Of a stretch of DNA of 64,000 nt, positions 1-10,077 are shown piece after piece. Source of the stretch: Diplonema japonicum (taxonomy: Eukaryota > Protista > Euglenozoa: Diplonemea). Each line of letters begins with the position of its first letter. Position 1 is the stretch's first letter. The notes beneath the pieces are model-generated. The model saw nothing but the letters and a program-made list of their open reading frames with translations. It was not told where the DNA came from and searched no databases. The stretch spans positions 310,001 through 374,000 of the forward strand of contig OZ025669.1 in the NCBI GenBank assembly GCA_964019335.1. Direction: 5' to 3'. The position numbers and the translations under genes are program-made.

Positions 1-724
1 GCTTTTTTTTCCCATCTTTTTTTGCCGTTTTGCCGTCTTTAATTTTTTCAACAAACGCGGCTTGCGGCATGTTCTTCTTGTTCATCTCAATCGAAAAGCG
101 AACAGTGTCTTTTGGGTGCAGGCCGGACGCATGGTTCTTGTGAATAAATACGTCCCGCTTATGTTCTTCATAAAGCTGAGGACACCTAATGAACCCGAAA
201 CCGGTAGAGGTGTTAAACGACTTCACCGTTCCAGTATACCTAGTGGTATCCAAGGAGCTTTTTAAAGGAACAACAGGGGGTTCCAGCTCTGCCACAGGAG
301 CAGCGTCAGCAGGAGGAGAATAAGGATATAAAGGGACTTGAGTCACCCCCTCTGATGGGTACTGAGGAATCACAGGCGGGGCTTGAAGAACAGGAGGTTC
401 AAATGACAGTGTCGTTTGTGCGAAATTGCGTGATTCCCTCACCTCTTCTACATTGTTGCATGCTCTGTTGTTGACGTGCGAGATCCTCCAACCTATATAT
501 TTTTCGATGCCGTACTGTTGAGCGAGACCCCCAGGCTGGACCCCTGTAACCAGCATATTATCGCTTACCTCCAGCCCTAGCAACACTGGTATTGTCCGTG
601 AAATGGTAACGCTCACGGTCGGTACTGCCTGAGAAGGCTGCTGAGCCTGTTGCTGACCCCACATAGGAATGCTAGTCGCAACATGGCTCTGATTGGATTG
701 CTGCTGCCCGTACGATTGTTGCAT
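1..724 (-). CDS. PDZ-like + cold-shock domain protein (3'-partial, runs off the window start)
   Basis: Manual translation from ATG at 724 (MQQSYGQQQ...) is open to position 1. It contains PDZ-like LGLEVSDNMLVTGVQPGGLAQQYGI...GWRISHVNN and the cold-shock RNP motifs YTGTVKSFNTSTGFGFI...RDVFIH...VRFSIEMNKKNMPQA. Absent from the ORF track because there is no stop in the window. Confidence 0.85.
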   Translation of the reverse strand, partial: MQQSYGQQQSNQSHVATSIPMWGQQQAQQPSQAVPTVSVTISRTIPVLLGLEVSDNMLVTGVQPGGLAQQYGIEKYIGWRISHVNNRACNNVEEVRESRNFAQTTLSFEPPVLQAPPVIPQYPSEGVTQVPLYPYSPPADAAPVAELEPPVVPLKSSLDTTRYTGTVKSFNTSTGFGFIRCPQLYEEHKRDVFIHKNHASGLHPKDTVRFSIEMNKKNMPQAAFVEKIKDGKTAKKDGKKK

Positions 725-754
725 TTTCTTTTTTTTTTCTTTGGTGTGCCCGTC

Positions 755-785
<31 letters not shown>

Positions 786-1654
786 GGAGGAAAAAAAAAA
801 GAAAAAGAAAAAAAAAAAAAAAACCGATAATTTTACAATGTGTGTTGGGAGGGTTTGGGGAGTGAGGAGGAGAGACAGGAACAAATCTTTTTTTTTTTTC
901 TTTTTAAACCTACACCACCAAGGTCATTAAAGTGTATTTCTAAGTACCTGTGCCCTGCCAACGGGGGGGGGGGGGGGGGGGGGGGAATTGTAAATAGAGC
1001 CCCACGGAAGTACTGTGTTCAGGACTGCATTTTCCCCCTCTCTCAAGCGATGGAAGCAGCTGTTCTCATTGAGGGTACCCCTGCAGAGGCGTGCACACTT
1101 TATTCGGTGAAGTACTTCTTGTTTCGACTATTTCAAAAAAGAAAAAAAAACATTTCCATTTCCCTTTTCTATTATACCTGATAACCAAGAATACAGGAAA
1201 GGATGGGGGGGAAGGTGGGCACTCACAATATTTTTTAAAAAAAAAGAAACAAGAATGTTTCCCCCTCCCCATTCTTCTTTTTTCTTTTTTTTTTTTCCCT
1301 TTTTGCAGACTTATTTTTTTTTTCTTTTTTCTTTTTCCATATTCGTTCTTCTGATGTGCCCATGTTAGGACAGGTTGGGGGCTCCATTAAAAACAAGCAA
1401 AAAAAAAAAGAAAAGAAATGGAGGGAAGAAGCGATTGCCACTTTTAAACCCTTAGATATTTTTTTTTTTTTTTTTTTAAAACCCTTTCCGGTACCCCATT
1501 CAAAATTATCAACTCTTCGATGAAGAAATATGAGTCTTAACATACGTTTGAGGGTGGTGGGGGTGGTGGCGGCGGCGGTGGGGGGGAAGAACAGAAAAAG
1601 TCTGGTAACGTGTGCTCAACATAAAGAAAAAGAAAAAATTAATCTTATCTAAAT

Positions 1655-1696
<42 letters not shown>

Positions 1697-3303
1697 CCTC
1701 CCTCCTTTTTTTTTTTTGCAGGGGAAGGTGAAGTGCCGGTGGGCGGTGGTGAAAAACAAATGAACTTTTTGAAGAAATCCAGGAGGGGGCTTTGTTGGTA
1801 ACATAAATAGCTTTAATATTCTTGTTGATTGCACAGATTGATTGGGGGGAGGGGGGGGGGGGGGGGGGGGTACAATGGAGAAAAAAAGGCGATGTTTAAG
1901 GGCAAATCCCACGTGAGGACCACCCTTAGGGGGGACAGGGGTCTATCAAACAACAAAGACAGCACTAGCAAAGGCAAAGGGGAGGGGGGAATATAATTCT
2001 TTCAATTCGGCACGGAATTGCAAAGAGAAAAAAAAACTTCTTAGTTTACTTTTTTTTTTGAAACAAGTACGTACCACTAGCCCATGAAGGAGGTCCCCCA
2101 ATTGCACCCTGGAACTTAGATAGATTGCTTTCACATAAAAATAAAATTATGAAACCAAAGATGGGATGACTTTCCCTATCGTGACAAAATAGAGATTTCT
2201 TTTTTATTTTTTTATTTTGTTTTTTATTTTTTATTTTATTTTTCTGGTGTTGCTGTAAACTCAAATCTCACCTTTTCTTTTTAATTCTTTTTTTTTTTTT
2301 TTTTTTTTTCCTTTTCTTTTTTTAAAAATTTTTCCCCCCCGATTTTCTCTTGGTCGTTTGTTGAACAAGCAGAAAAATCTAAGTTTGAAAAAAAAAAAGA
2401 AGAAAAAAAAAAAAGCGATATTTGAGAGAGCACCTAACGGAAAAAAAAAGGAGATGAGATAAAGGAGGTTTCCTGTTTTGGAACGTCCCCCTTATCTCTA
2501 CTTTTAAAAAAAAACCCCTTTTTTCTTTTTTTTTGAACATAGGGGGGGGGGGGGGGGTGTTAATTTCTTTTAAAAAAACACAAAACTTTAACGCTCCGAG
2601 TCTCTGAAAAGATTCCAAAGCAAAAGAAAAAAAATGCCCAATTCACACCAAAGGCCCCGGAAAAGGTGGCATATTCTGCTTGGATCAGAGAAAGCGTCCG
2701 CACAATTGAGAAGCAGAGGGGGAGGGGGGGGATAGGTTCACAGATAGCTCTACAAATAGGGCCATTCTATCAAAACCAATCGATGGGAGTGCGACCAGCT
2801 CATAATGGTGAGTGGAGAAAGGGAGATTTCTTTTTTTTTTTAAATCTTTTTTTACTCATTTCATTTACTCAAAAACAAAAAGGTTTCTTTTTTTTTTCAG
2901 AAAAAAAAGGAGGAATTAAAAAAAAGAAACTCTTCACCCCCCCCCCTTTTTTTTCCTCTACTAATTTCTTATTCATACTTCACCGAAAGAGAGGGCAGCC
3001 GTTTTTAAGTTTGCTTCCCAACAAATAATATAGGTGTCTTTTTCTTCTTCTTTTTTTTTTCTTTCTTCTTTTTTTTTTTCGGAAAGATAATATTCGCGCT
3101 ACTACATCAAAACACTATTTTTCTTTTTTTTTTTTTTTTTTGTTTTTGTTTTGTTTCTTCTTAGAAAATTTCCCTTGAGGAGTTGACATAGCTCATACGG
3201 TTGGCACAAAGGCTCTGGGTGAAAAAGGAAGTGGAGAAAAAAAAAATCTTTTTTTTTTTGGCTTTCAGAAAACAAGGTTAACTACACCAAAAAAAAAAAA
3301 AAA

Positions 3304-3419
3304 TCACGAACTAGTAGCAACAAACCGTGGGTGGTAGCTTTTTGGAGGGGTGACATAGTTCATCCGATCACCTAAAGGAGATGAACGTGGTGAGAGCAGG
3401 GAATTCTCGGAAATATCCT

Positions 3420-3476
<57 letters not shown>

Positions 3477-3635
3477 CCATCTCCGAAGCACACCTCTGTC
3501 TTCTTCTTCAATTTATGAACCAGATCTAAAGCAGATCGGATACATGGGCTCACCGCCGAACCACCCTGTGATGCATTTGCTCTGCTTTTGGCACGAGAAT
3601 GCTGAAACTCAAGCTGTGTAAAGGTTACGGGAATA

Positions 3636-3671
<36 letters not shown>

Positions 3672-5694
3672 GTAATACCTGCCCCCTTGCGTTTGCCAGC
3701 TCCGCACAGGCCTTCTCAAGTGATTCCCTCAGCCTGACTACTTCCTCAGAGGACTCCAACTTGTCTCGTCTCAATTTTTCAATTTCTGTTTCATGCATTT
3801 TAATTGTAGTGGCGAGGACCATAATCCTTTTTTCGCCTTCACCTACTTTATAAGTCAGGGTGTCGGCTTCGTGATCCTTTGCGCTGTATGCTTTGCGGAG
3901 GTCTGATGTTTCAGAATGCCATTGTGATCTGATTCTGGTTATTTCACCGTTTTTTACAGAGATTTCCTGCGTCGCTGAGACCCATTCGTCGATGGTTTCC
4001 CTGCAGGAAGTGCTGTAAAGAGCACAGACTGCCTCCCAAAACTGGGTTAAGATGTCCTTCCTCCATTTGGTTTCTGCGAGTGCCATGGTGGTGAGCTCAC
4101 CTGTGTTTTTGAGGTCTGTTATGAGACCGGACTGGATGTCTTCCCCTTCTCTTACAGAAATATGCCATGCTTCGGTCGTCGTCAGTGTGAAGTCGAGGTA
4201 AGCGGAAGATAGTTCATCCATTGCATTGGTGAGGAATAAATTTCGATTTTCCGATTCGAGATCTTCGATTGCCCGGAGTTCGTCCCGTTTCCTCTGTTTC
4301 GCCTTAATTCCCACGGAGAGTAATCTTGCGAAATACATGTCAACAAGAATTCCTTGTTGCGCGTCTGCGCTTCGGCTGTTGGCCCGGAGTATAGTGAAAC
4401 ACCATCGTTTTTTCTTGTTGTTCGACATCCATAAACGGAGTTTTCCGAAGTAAGCTTTTCTAATAAATCCTTCGTGGATGGCCGCCTTCATTTTCACGAT
4501 GCTCTCGTTGTTCGGTTTCTGTTTTAATGCGATTTCCTGAACGGCGACGAACTTCTCTTCTTGCCACTTGGCGTTCTCGATCAAATCCTCTTGTTTTTTT
4601 TGAAGCTCTTCTTTTTCTTGTTCTCGTTCCATTTGAACCTCTTGGAATTTTTCTTCTTGTTGCGCGTGAACGTAGTCCAGTTCAGTGATCTTCGACTGCG
4701 CGTCGCGAAGCTGGTCAATGACCTTTTTATTGTACCGTTTGAACTCTTCCAGTTCTTTAACGCGGGCCTCGTTTTCTGTTAGTAAATGTTCCCTGTCTTC
4801 TAGAGCGAGGTTTAGCTCGTCACGCACACCACCAAGTTCCATGAACAACTTCTGCCCCATCTCCACAGCTTCTATCAACTGTTCGAATCTGTATTTCAAA
4901 GCCTTCTGCAGCTCCGGAACATCCGTGCTCTCCGCGTCTGCAAACTGTTCCTCTTCAAAACATGACGACGCTTCAGTAGGCGAGGAAGTTCGTTGATACG
5001 CACTGCTCGACGGGCTGCAGATATCTTCTGAAACAACAGGTATACCTGGTATGAGGTTTGACGACGGAATAGTGTTGCCAAGATGTGACTGGTGGGAAGT
5101 TACGCTGTTTAGCTTTTTCAACCTGTGAAGTGATTGTTTCGGGGACAGGTTCGGGTTTGACGGCCCACGTGTTAATGCGATGGAGTGAGACAGTTGTTGC
5201 AATGCCTCGCCGATGCCCTCTTCCATCTCTGACGCGACTGAGTATTTGCGTTCGATTCTTCGTCGTGACGAGCAACGCGACATAGATGGTGTTGATAAAG
5301 GGTCTTCTTTGGGCATGGGAAGGTTGATCTCGGACATGAGGTCCCGAAGGTTGTCTTCGTCGCCCGACATGCTGTTTGACAGGCTGCTGTTCATTCTGTC
5401 GTACTCCACGTTGTGTCTTTTCACCGCCGTTGTGCTCCGCATTCTGTTTCCTTGGAAGGGTATTCCCAAGGAAGGGAACTCCAGCGTTCCTTTTCCCGCG
5501 CTTGCGGCCGACATTGAGGTGTCGCTCCTTACTCGTGTTCTTCCGGAGTCGCTGCGGACCCGACCGGAGCCTCTCCCCGAAGCGCTGCTCCCCATTGTGT
5601 CGCTGCGTATCCTGCTCGACCCCAGCACGAAACCCCCCACAGACGCGTCAAGCTCCCGTGACACCGTTGCCGGTGGCTTCGGCGGCGTCGACAT
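3304..5694 (-). CDS. Ser-rich N-terminus, long coiled-coil protein of unknown function (spliced)
   Basis: ORF 3625..5751, likely start MSTPPKPP at 5694. Introns 3614..3678 (GTATTA...ACACAG) and 3418..3493 (GTGTGC...A51 CAG) keep the frame open to TGA at 3304. A further intron 3215..3325 giving a stop at 3193 is possible. Confidence 0.7.
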
Positions 5695-5790
5695 CTTCCC
5701 ACCAACCTCCCACCCCACCTCCCTTTTTTTTTTGTTTTGCAATGCACACACGGTTTACTCAACACGTACAAAATTGTTCGTCTGGAGTCC

Positions 5791-5936
5791 CTATGGATCA
5801 GAAACGCCTCCCCCAACGACGAATCCTTCGTTCGCAAGTGTAGGGGTGTTGCCTTCGCGGCTTTGCCTAAGGATCAGAAACGCCTCCCCCAACGATGAAT
5901 TCTTCGTTCGCAAAGTTAGGGGTTGCCTTCGCGGCT
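5791..5936. repeat. Two-copy ~76 bp imperfect tandem duplication
   Basis: ctatggatcagaaacgcctcccccaacgacgaatccttcgttcgcaag...gccttcgcggct at 5791 and ctaaggatcagaaacgcctcccccaacgatgaattcttcgttcgcaaa...gccttcgcggct at 5867. Confidence 0.85.
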
Positions 5937-6213
5937 CGGGCCGAGAAGGTAGCCTGGGACAAGTTCGGTCCTGAAGAGTTTCGAGGGCTAGGGCAGCCGC
6001 TAAGAAGTCGGACCACGTAGAAGCTGCCTCGCCTCGTCATTAGAAACGCAAGACTGGAACACAAACAACGACCAGTTCCTCTTTAAGGAATAAAAAATAA
6101 AAGGGGGAAAACGACTTTTTTTTTTGTACTAAACTACTATTTTTTTTAAAGGGGGGGGGAAATACATAACATCTCCATCCCCCCTCCTCTCCTCATTTTT
6201 TTTTCCTCATTTT

Positions 6214-7068
6214 TCAAATTTGTTCCTTATGCCTTATCAACCGCGCGGAGTGCGGACGGGGTATCGGTGGCCGCAAGGGCGCGTGCATGAGGGACGGGTC
6301 GATGGTCTGCATCAGCCGTGTGCAGACGGCTTTGGAATTGCGGGAGTACTGTTCTCGTATATCCGGCCTAGTGAAGCAATGGGTGTCGGAGGGATCAAAC
6401 CAATGCGCATAGGGAGGGGGTTCTACCTTGTGTTTGCTGCTCCCGAGACCCGATACGTATTCAGTGTACTTTCTTGGGGACGGCGTGCTGGGTTTCCGAG
6501 GTGTGTGTGTAAGTGACTTCTTCTCCGCAGCACTGCTCTTCCTTGCGGCAACAGTTTGTTTTGGGTTCTTCGTGAAAAATGTTTTCCATGTGTCGGCGTG
6601 TTGCTGCTTCAGGTCCTCTGCCCTATATGTCCTCGGCCGTGCTCTGACCCTCTCTTCGGTACCAAAATCTCTGTATGAGGTACTGTACCATGTAGTTGCT
6701 CTTCGCTCCGCCACAACGTGTAGAGGTCCCAACGTGTTTCGAAAAGCTTCGAGTTGTTCCACTGTTGCCTTGGCAAGGTACGACTCTACGCCTTTCGTGA
6801 ACTCCCTCCTTATGATGCCTGTCAAGTACATCCTGGCCATTGTGGTGTGGCGTTCTAGAACCTGGGCCTTCCCGTCCTTGTCCCTGTCCCTGCACTCCTT
6901 CCAAATACCCTTCATCACGTCTTTAAACATCCTCCGCTGGTTCTGTTTGCACTCGAAATAGTACCAGTTCTCGACAAGCTTGTGCATCTGCGGGACGATA
7001 AGCTTCTCATAGCACCCTTGGATTTTGCGGTGCCTGGTGGGTGCCGGGACAGGCGGGGCTGATGTCAT
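6214..7068 (-). CDS. Basic hypothetical protein
   Basis: Long complex-sequence ORF. Start trimmed to MTSAPPVP after the A-tract; no motif recognised. Confidence 0.7.
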   Translation of the reverse strand: MTSAPPVPAPTRHRKIQGCYEKLIVPQMHKLVENWYYFECKQNQRRMFKDVMKGIWKECRDRDKDGKAQVLERHTTMARMYLTGIIRREFTKGVESYLAKATVEQLEAFRNTLGPLHVVAERRATTWYSTSYRDFGTEERVRARPRTYRAEDLKQQHADTWKTFFTKNPKQTVAARKSSAAEKKSLTHTPRKPSTPSPRKYTEYVSGLGSSKHKVEPPPYAHWFDPSDTHCFTRPDIREQYSRNSKAVCTRLMQTIDPSLMHAPLRPPIPRPHSARLIRHKEQI

Positions 7069-7178
7069 TTTCTTTACTTTTTTTTTGGTCCCCCCCCCTC
7101 CACCTCTTTTTTTTTCTCTCCCCAACAATAAGTATGAAAACTTCGCAAAAAAAAAAAAAAGTGGGGGGTGAAAACAAT

Positions 7179-7934
7179 CTATCGTCTGAGCCTTCTACGT
7201 TTTTGCTGCTGTTTAGGAGGCGAAGGAGGCTGTGGGGGTATATTGTCGTGTTCCGGTGCCGCTTCGGGGGGTTCTTGCGCAGGCTGTTGCTCCTCGTGGC
7301 CGGTGCTGGCTTGGAGGTTTTCGTCGTCCTCATCATCTACCTCTTCTCTCTCTTCATGTGCATATAAGTCGCCTGGTAACAACGGCAAAACACCGGTTTT
7401 CGCAAACTGGCTCATTGTGTCCATGAGGTGGGTGATAGGTGCCCTTGCTGTGTTGATCTCAAGCGCTGTCAAGGATGTCATTTTGTAGCCGTAAGTGTTG
7501 CCCTTCAGCCCTGCGATACCACGCTTTATCTTCTCGTCACGAATGTGGTCTATTTCTATAACAAGACGCTCTACCTCTGTGCAATGCTTTACGTCGGACC
7601 GCCATTTGCATATCAAGGTCATTGTCTCGAAATAATGGAAGGGTAAGGGCTGGAAGCCTGGTTCGTCCTTCTCCTGTTGAAGGATGTTCTCTAGGTTCTC
7701 CTTCGTCATCCACTCAGGTGTCTCGATCTTGCACCTCCCGGACTCCCTCAGCAACATTGCCAACCACAGTGGAACGTCTACAGGGTCACCGGGGCTGAAA
7801 GGGCCGTACCTCCCGGAGATGAACTCAGATTCGTCCATTTGAAAATTCGGTACCACCCCTACAATATCCTCCTGGGCCATGAACTCGAGTTTGCTCACCC
7901 CGGAGGTCTTGTACCTCACATCGTTGAGATTCAT
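7179..7934 (-). CDS. PSF2: GINS complex subunit Psf2
   Basis: LEFMAQEDIVGVVPNF...ISGRYGPFSPGDPVDVPLWLAMLL...CKIETPEWM...FQPLPFHYFE...IRDEKI...LTALEINTAR match Psf2/GINS2 conserved blocks. Start MNLND at 7934. Confidence 0.92.
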   Translation of the reverse strand: MNLNDVRYKTSGVSKLEFMAQEDIVGVVPNFQMDESEFISGRYGPFSPGDPVDVPLWLAMLLRESGRCKIETPEWMTKENLENILQQEKDEPGFQPLPFHYFETMTLICKWRSDVKHCTEVERLVIEIDHIRDEKIKRGIAGLKGNTYGYKMTSLTALEINTARAPITHLMDTMSQFAKTGVLPLLPGDLYAHEEREEVDDEDDENLQASTGHEEQQPAQEPPEAAPEHDNIPPQPPSPPKQQQKRRRLRR

Positions 7935-8219
7935 TTTTCTTTTTTTCTTTTTTTTTAAATTCTTCTCCTCCCCTGTTTCTTTTTTCTTAGGCGATCCTGT
8001 CACATACTGCAGGTTCCCTTCAACACACCTTTTTTTCATTCAGTTAGAATTTTTATAAAAAAAAAAACTCATAGTAAAAGACAATCCCACTTTGAGGACG
8101 CCTCTTGTGGTGTGAGTTCCTATCTATTAACCTTCGCTAAAAAAAAAAGAAAAAAAGACCTCGGTTTTTTTTATGGCATTTGTTTTGTGGTATAAATCCT
8201 GGGATAAGTCCTGCTATAC

Positions 8220-8744
8220 CAGGCCCCCCGGTAAGGTGGGGATAGACCGGCGATCGCCGGTCTAAGCAATTCTTTTTTGAATAAGTCACCGGTCTACGTA
8301 AACATTTGTGTGAGCCCTGCATCGATAGAGTTCTTCTTGCTCTATTCGCAATTCCCTGCTCTACAGCAGCGGTCGAACGCAGATTCAGCAAGCTGCGCCT
8401 CGTGTTCACAAGGCTCAGGACATCAATTAAACCTGAGAAACTGAACTGTCTATTGGTGATAAGCACGGAGGGGGCAGATGTTCCGAGTGAAGACTTCATC
8501 AGTTGCGTCATAAGACGGTTTCATGATATGCCGACAAGCAGACGGCATGCGAACCTTACTGAGGCTGAGTTTCTGGAGTAGTAGCACAAACGTCCAGGGA
8601 GAAAAAAAAAAGTGTTCACAGTGTGGCCGAGAGGCCCAACTAACGTTCACCCCCTATTTTTATTTTCTTTTTGAAAATAGGGTCAAAAAATCGGCTAAAA
8701 AGCAGGTCTATCGGAAAAAAACCCATTTTGAACCGGGGGTCCTG
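8220..8744 (+). mobile_element. Non-autonomous hAT DNA transposon derivative
   Basis: TIRs CAGGCCCCCCGGT (8220) / ACCGGGGGTCCTG (ends 8744), 12/13 match; 8-bp TSD TGCTATAC/GGCTATAC (7/8). Internal ORF 8306..8581 has the hAT C-terminal dimerisation motif IPCSTAAVERRFSKL...RLRTSI...LNCLL. Confidence 0.85.
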
Positions 8745-8880
8745 GGCTATACCCTGTTTTTTTTTTTTTTTTTTTTTTTTTCAATTGCTCATGACAGTAC
8801 TTGGTAAGTACAAATAAATATAAAAAAAAAAAAAAAAAAAATAAATAACAACGTACAAAATATACAATCCATTTCTTTTT

Positions 8881-9759
8881 TTACAATAACCCGCGGTACG
8901 ACGTGAGCGCTTCCTGGGCAGTGTGAAGCGAAGGTCGGGTGTGCAAGGATGTCACGTCCGCCTTTAGCTTCTCAACAGCTAGAGAGAGATCGTCTTTCAG
9001 AACAACCTGGCTGCGGCTTCTGGTAGGAGAGGTATGCTGACGGCTTGACGGTGACGACAGCACCCTGCGAGCATTTGCTTCGCCCTCCGCCAGGGACGCT
9101 CGTTGCTCAGCAGCACGCAAGGACACGAGCAGGCCCTCAGTGTAGTCCCTCGTCTTCAGAGTGTACAGCGCGAATTCGTTATTCAAACGGGAAATTTCGT
9201 TGTTGTATTCCTGCTCCTTTTGTTCCATGTAAGATTTCACTTCTTCTTTCCATTTTTCAGACTCGTTTTGGTACTCCCTGACCTGAGCTTTGCCTGCTTC
9301 CAGCATTCTCTGTAAGTTTTTGTTTTCCATCAGTAGCTCTTGTCTTCCAGCTGATTCTTCTGTTCGTTTTACAACCTCTGCTTTCAAAGCAGACACCCTT
9401 GCGTCCCCTTGAGACGACCTTCCCAGAGCGTCATCTAACGCACGCTTAAGGTAGGAGACTTCCTTCTCCATGCGCATTAATTCTTCTTCTTGCTCTCTAA
9501 GCATGTCGTTCTTGATGTCTTTTTTTTGTTCAGGTTGCTTTGTTTTCATCGATGCGATCTCTGCTTTCAGCTTCTCTACTTCATTCTCTAGCCTTTTTGT
9601 ATCATCCTTCAGCCTCGTGTTGTCGTCCTTCAGCGACCTCAGGTAAATATTCTCGGAGTGCACCACCGGTGAAGCAAACCGCCCCCCTTTCGCCGAAGGC
9701 GACCTGCTGACAGGCACCGCTATGGGCTGCTCCTCCACTTCGATGACATAGCTCACCAT
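8881..9759 (-). CDS. Coiled-coil protein of unknown function
   Basis: 292-aa ORF, E/K/Q-rich heptad-like composition. Confidence 0.75.
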   Translation of the reverse strand: MVSYVIEVEEQPIAVPVSRSPSAKGGRFASPVVHSENIYLRSLKDDNTRLKDDTKRLENEVEKLKAEIASMKTKQPEQKKDIKNDMLREQEEELMRMEKEVSYLKRALDDALGRSSQGDARVSALKAEVVKRTEESAGRQELLMENKNLQRMLEAGKAQVREYQNESEKWKEEVKSYMEQKEQEYNNEISRLNNEFALYTLKTRDYTEGLLVSLRAAEQRASLAEGEANARRVLSSPSSRQHTSPTRSRSQVVLKDDLSLAVEKLKADVTSLHTRPSLHTAQEALTSYRGLL

Positions 9760-10077
9760 CCGCCCCCCTATGATGAGAGAGTTGGTATGTGGGGATAATA
9801 ATGGTCAAGAAGCACTCCGTACGCCTTTAGCTATTTTTTTTTTCTTTTTTTTCTGACCAACCGGAGAGCTGCGAGGAAGAGAGAGAGAAAACAAAACAAA
9901 AAATAAAAAAACACTTCAAAAACCCTTCCCCCGTGAAAGGATAGCTTAAGAAAAAGGTTTAAGTCAACAGAGAAAGAAGAGAAAAGAAAAAAAAAACGAA
10001 AACCGCGCGTGACTCGTGCCGTACCAGGCTCTCGTGCGCAGGTTGGAAATAGAAGAGAGAAGGAAGATGGGCAAGCG

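Noticed and set aside
650-3100. Many short poly-F/poly-K/poly-G ORFs here and in other intergenic regions
   Set aside because: Translations of homopolymer runs with no protein-like content
3421-3472. Stop codon followed by A51, suggesting a retrocopy poly(A) tail
   Set aside because: Better explained as an intron (3418..3493) whose removal continues the frame; the gene has other introns
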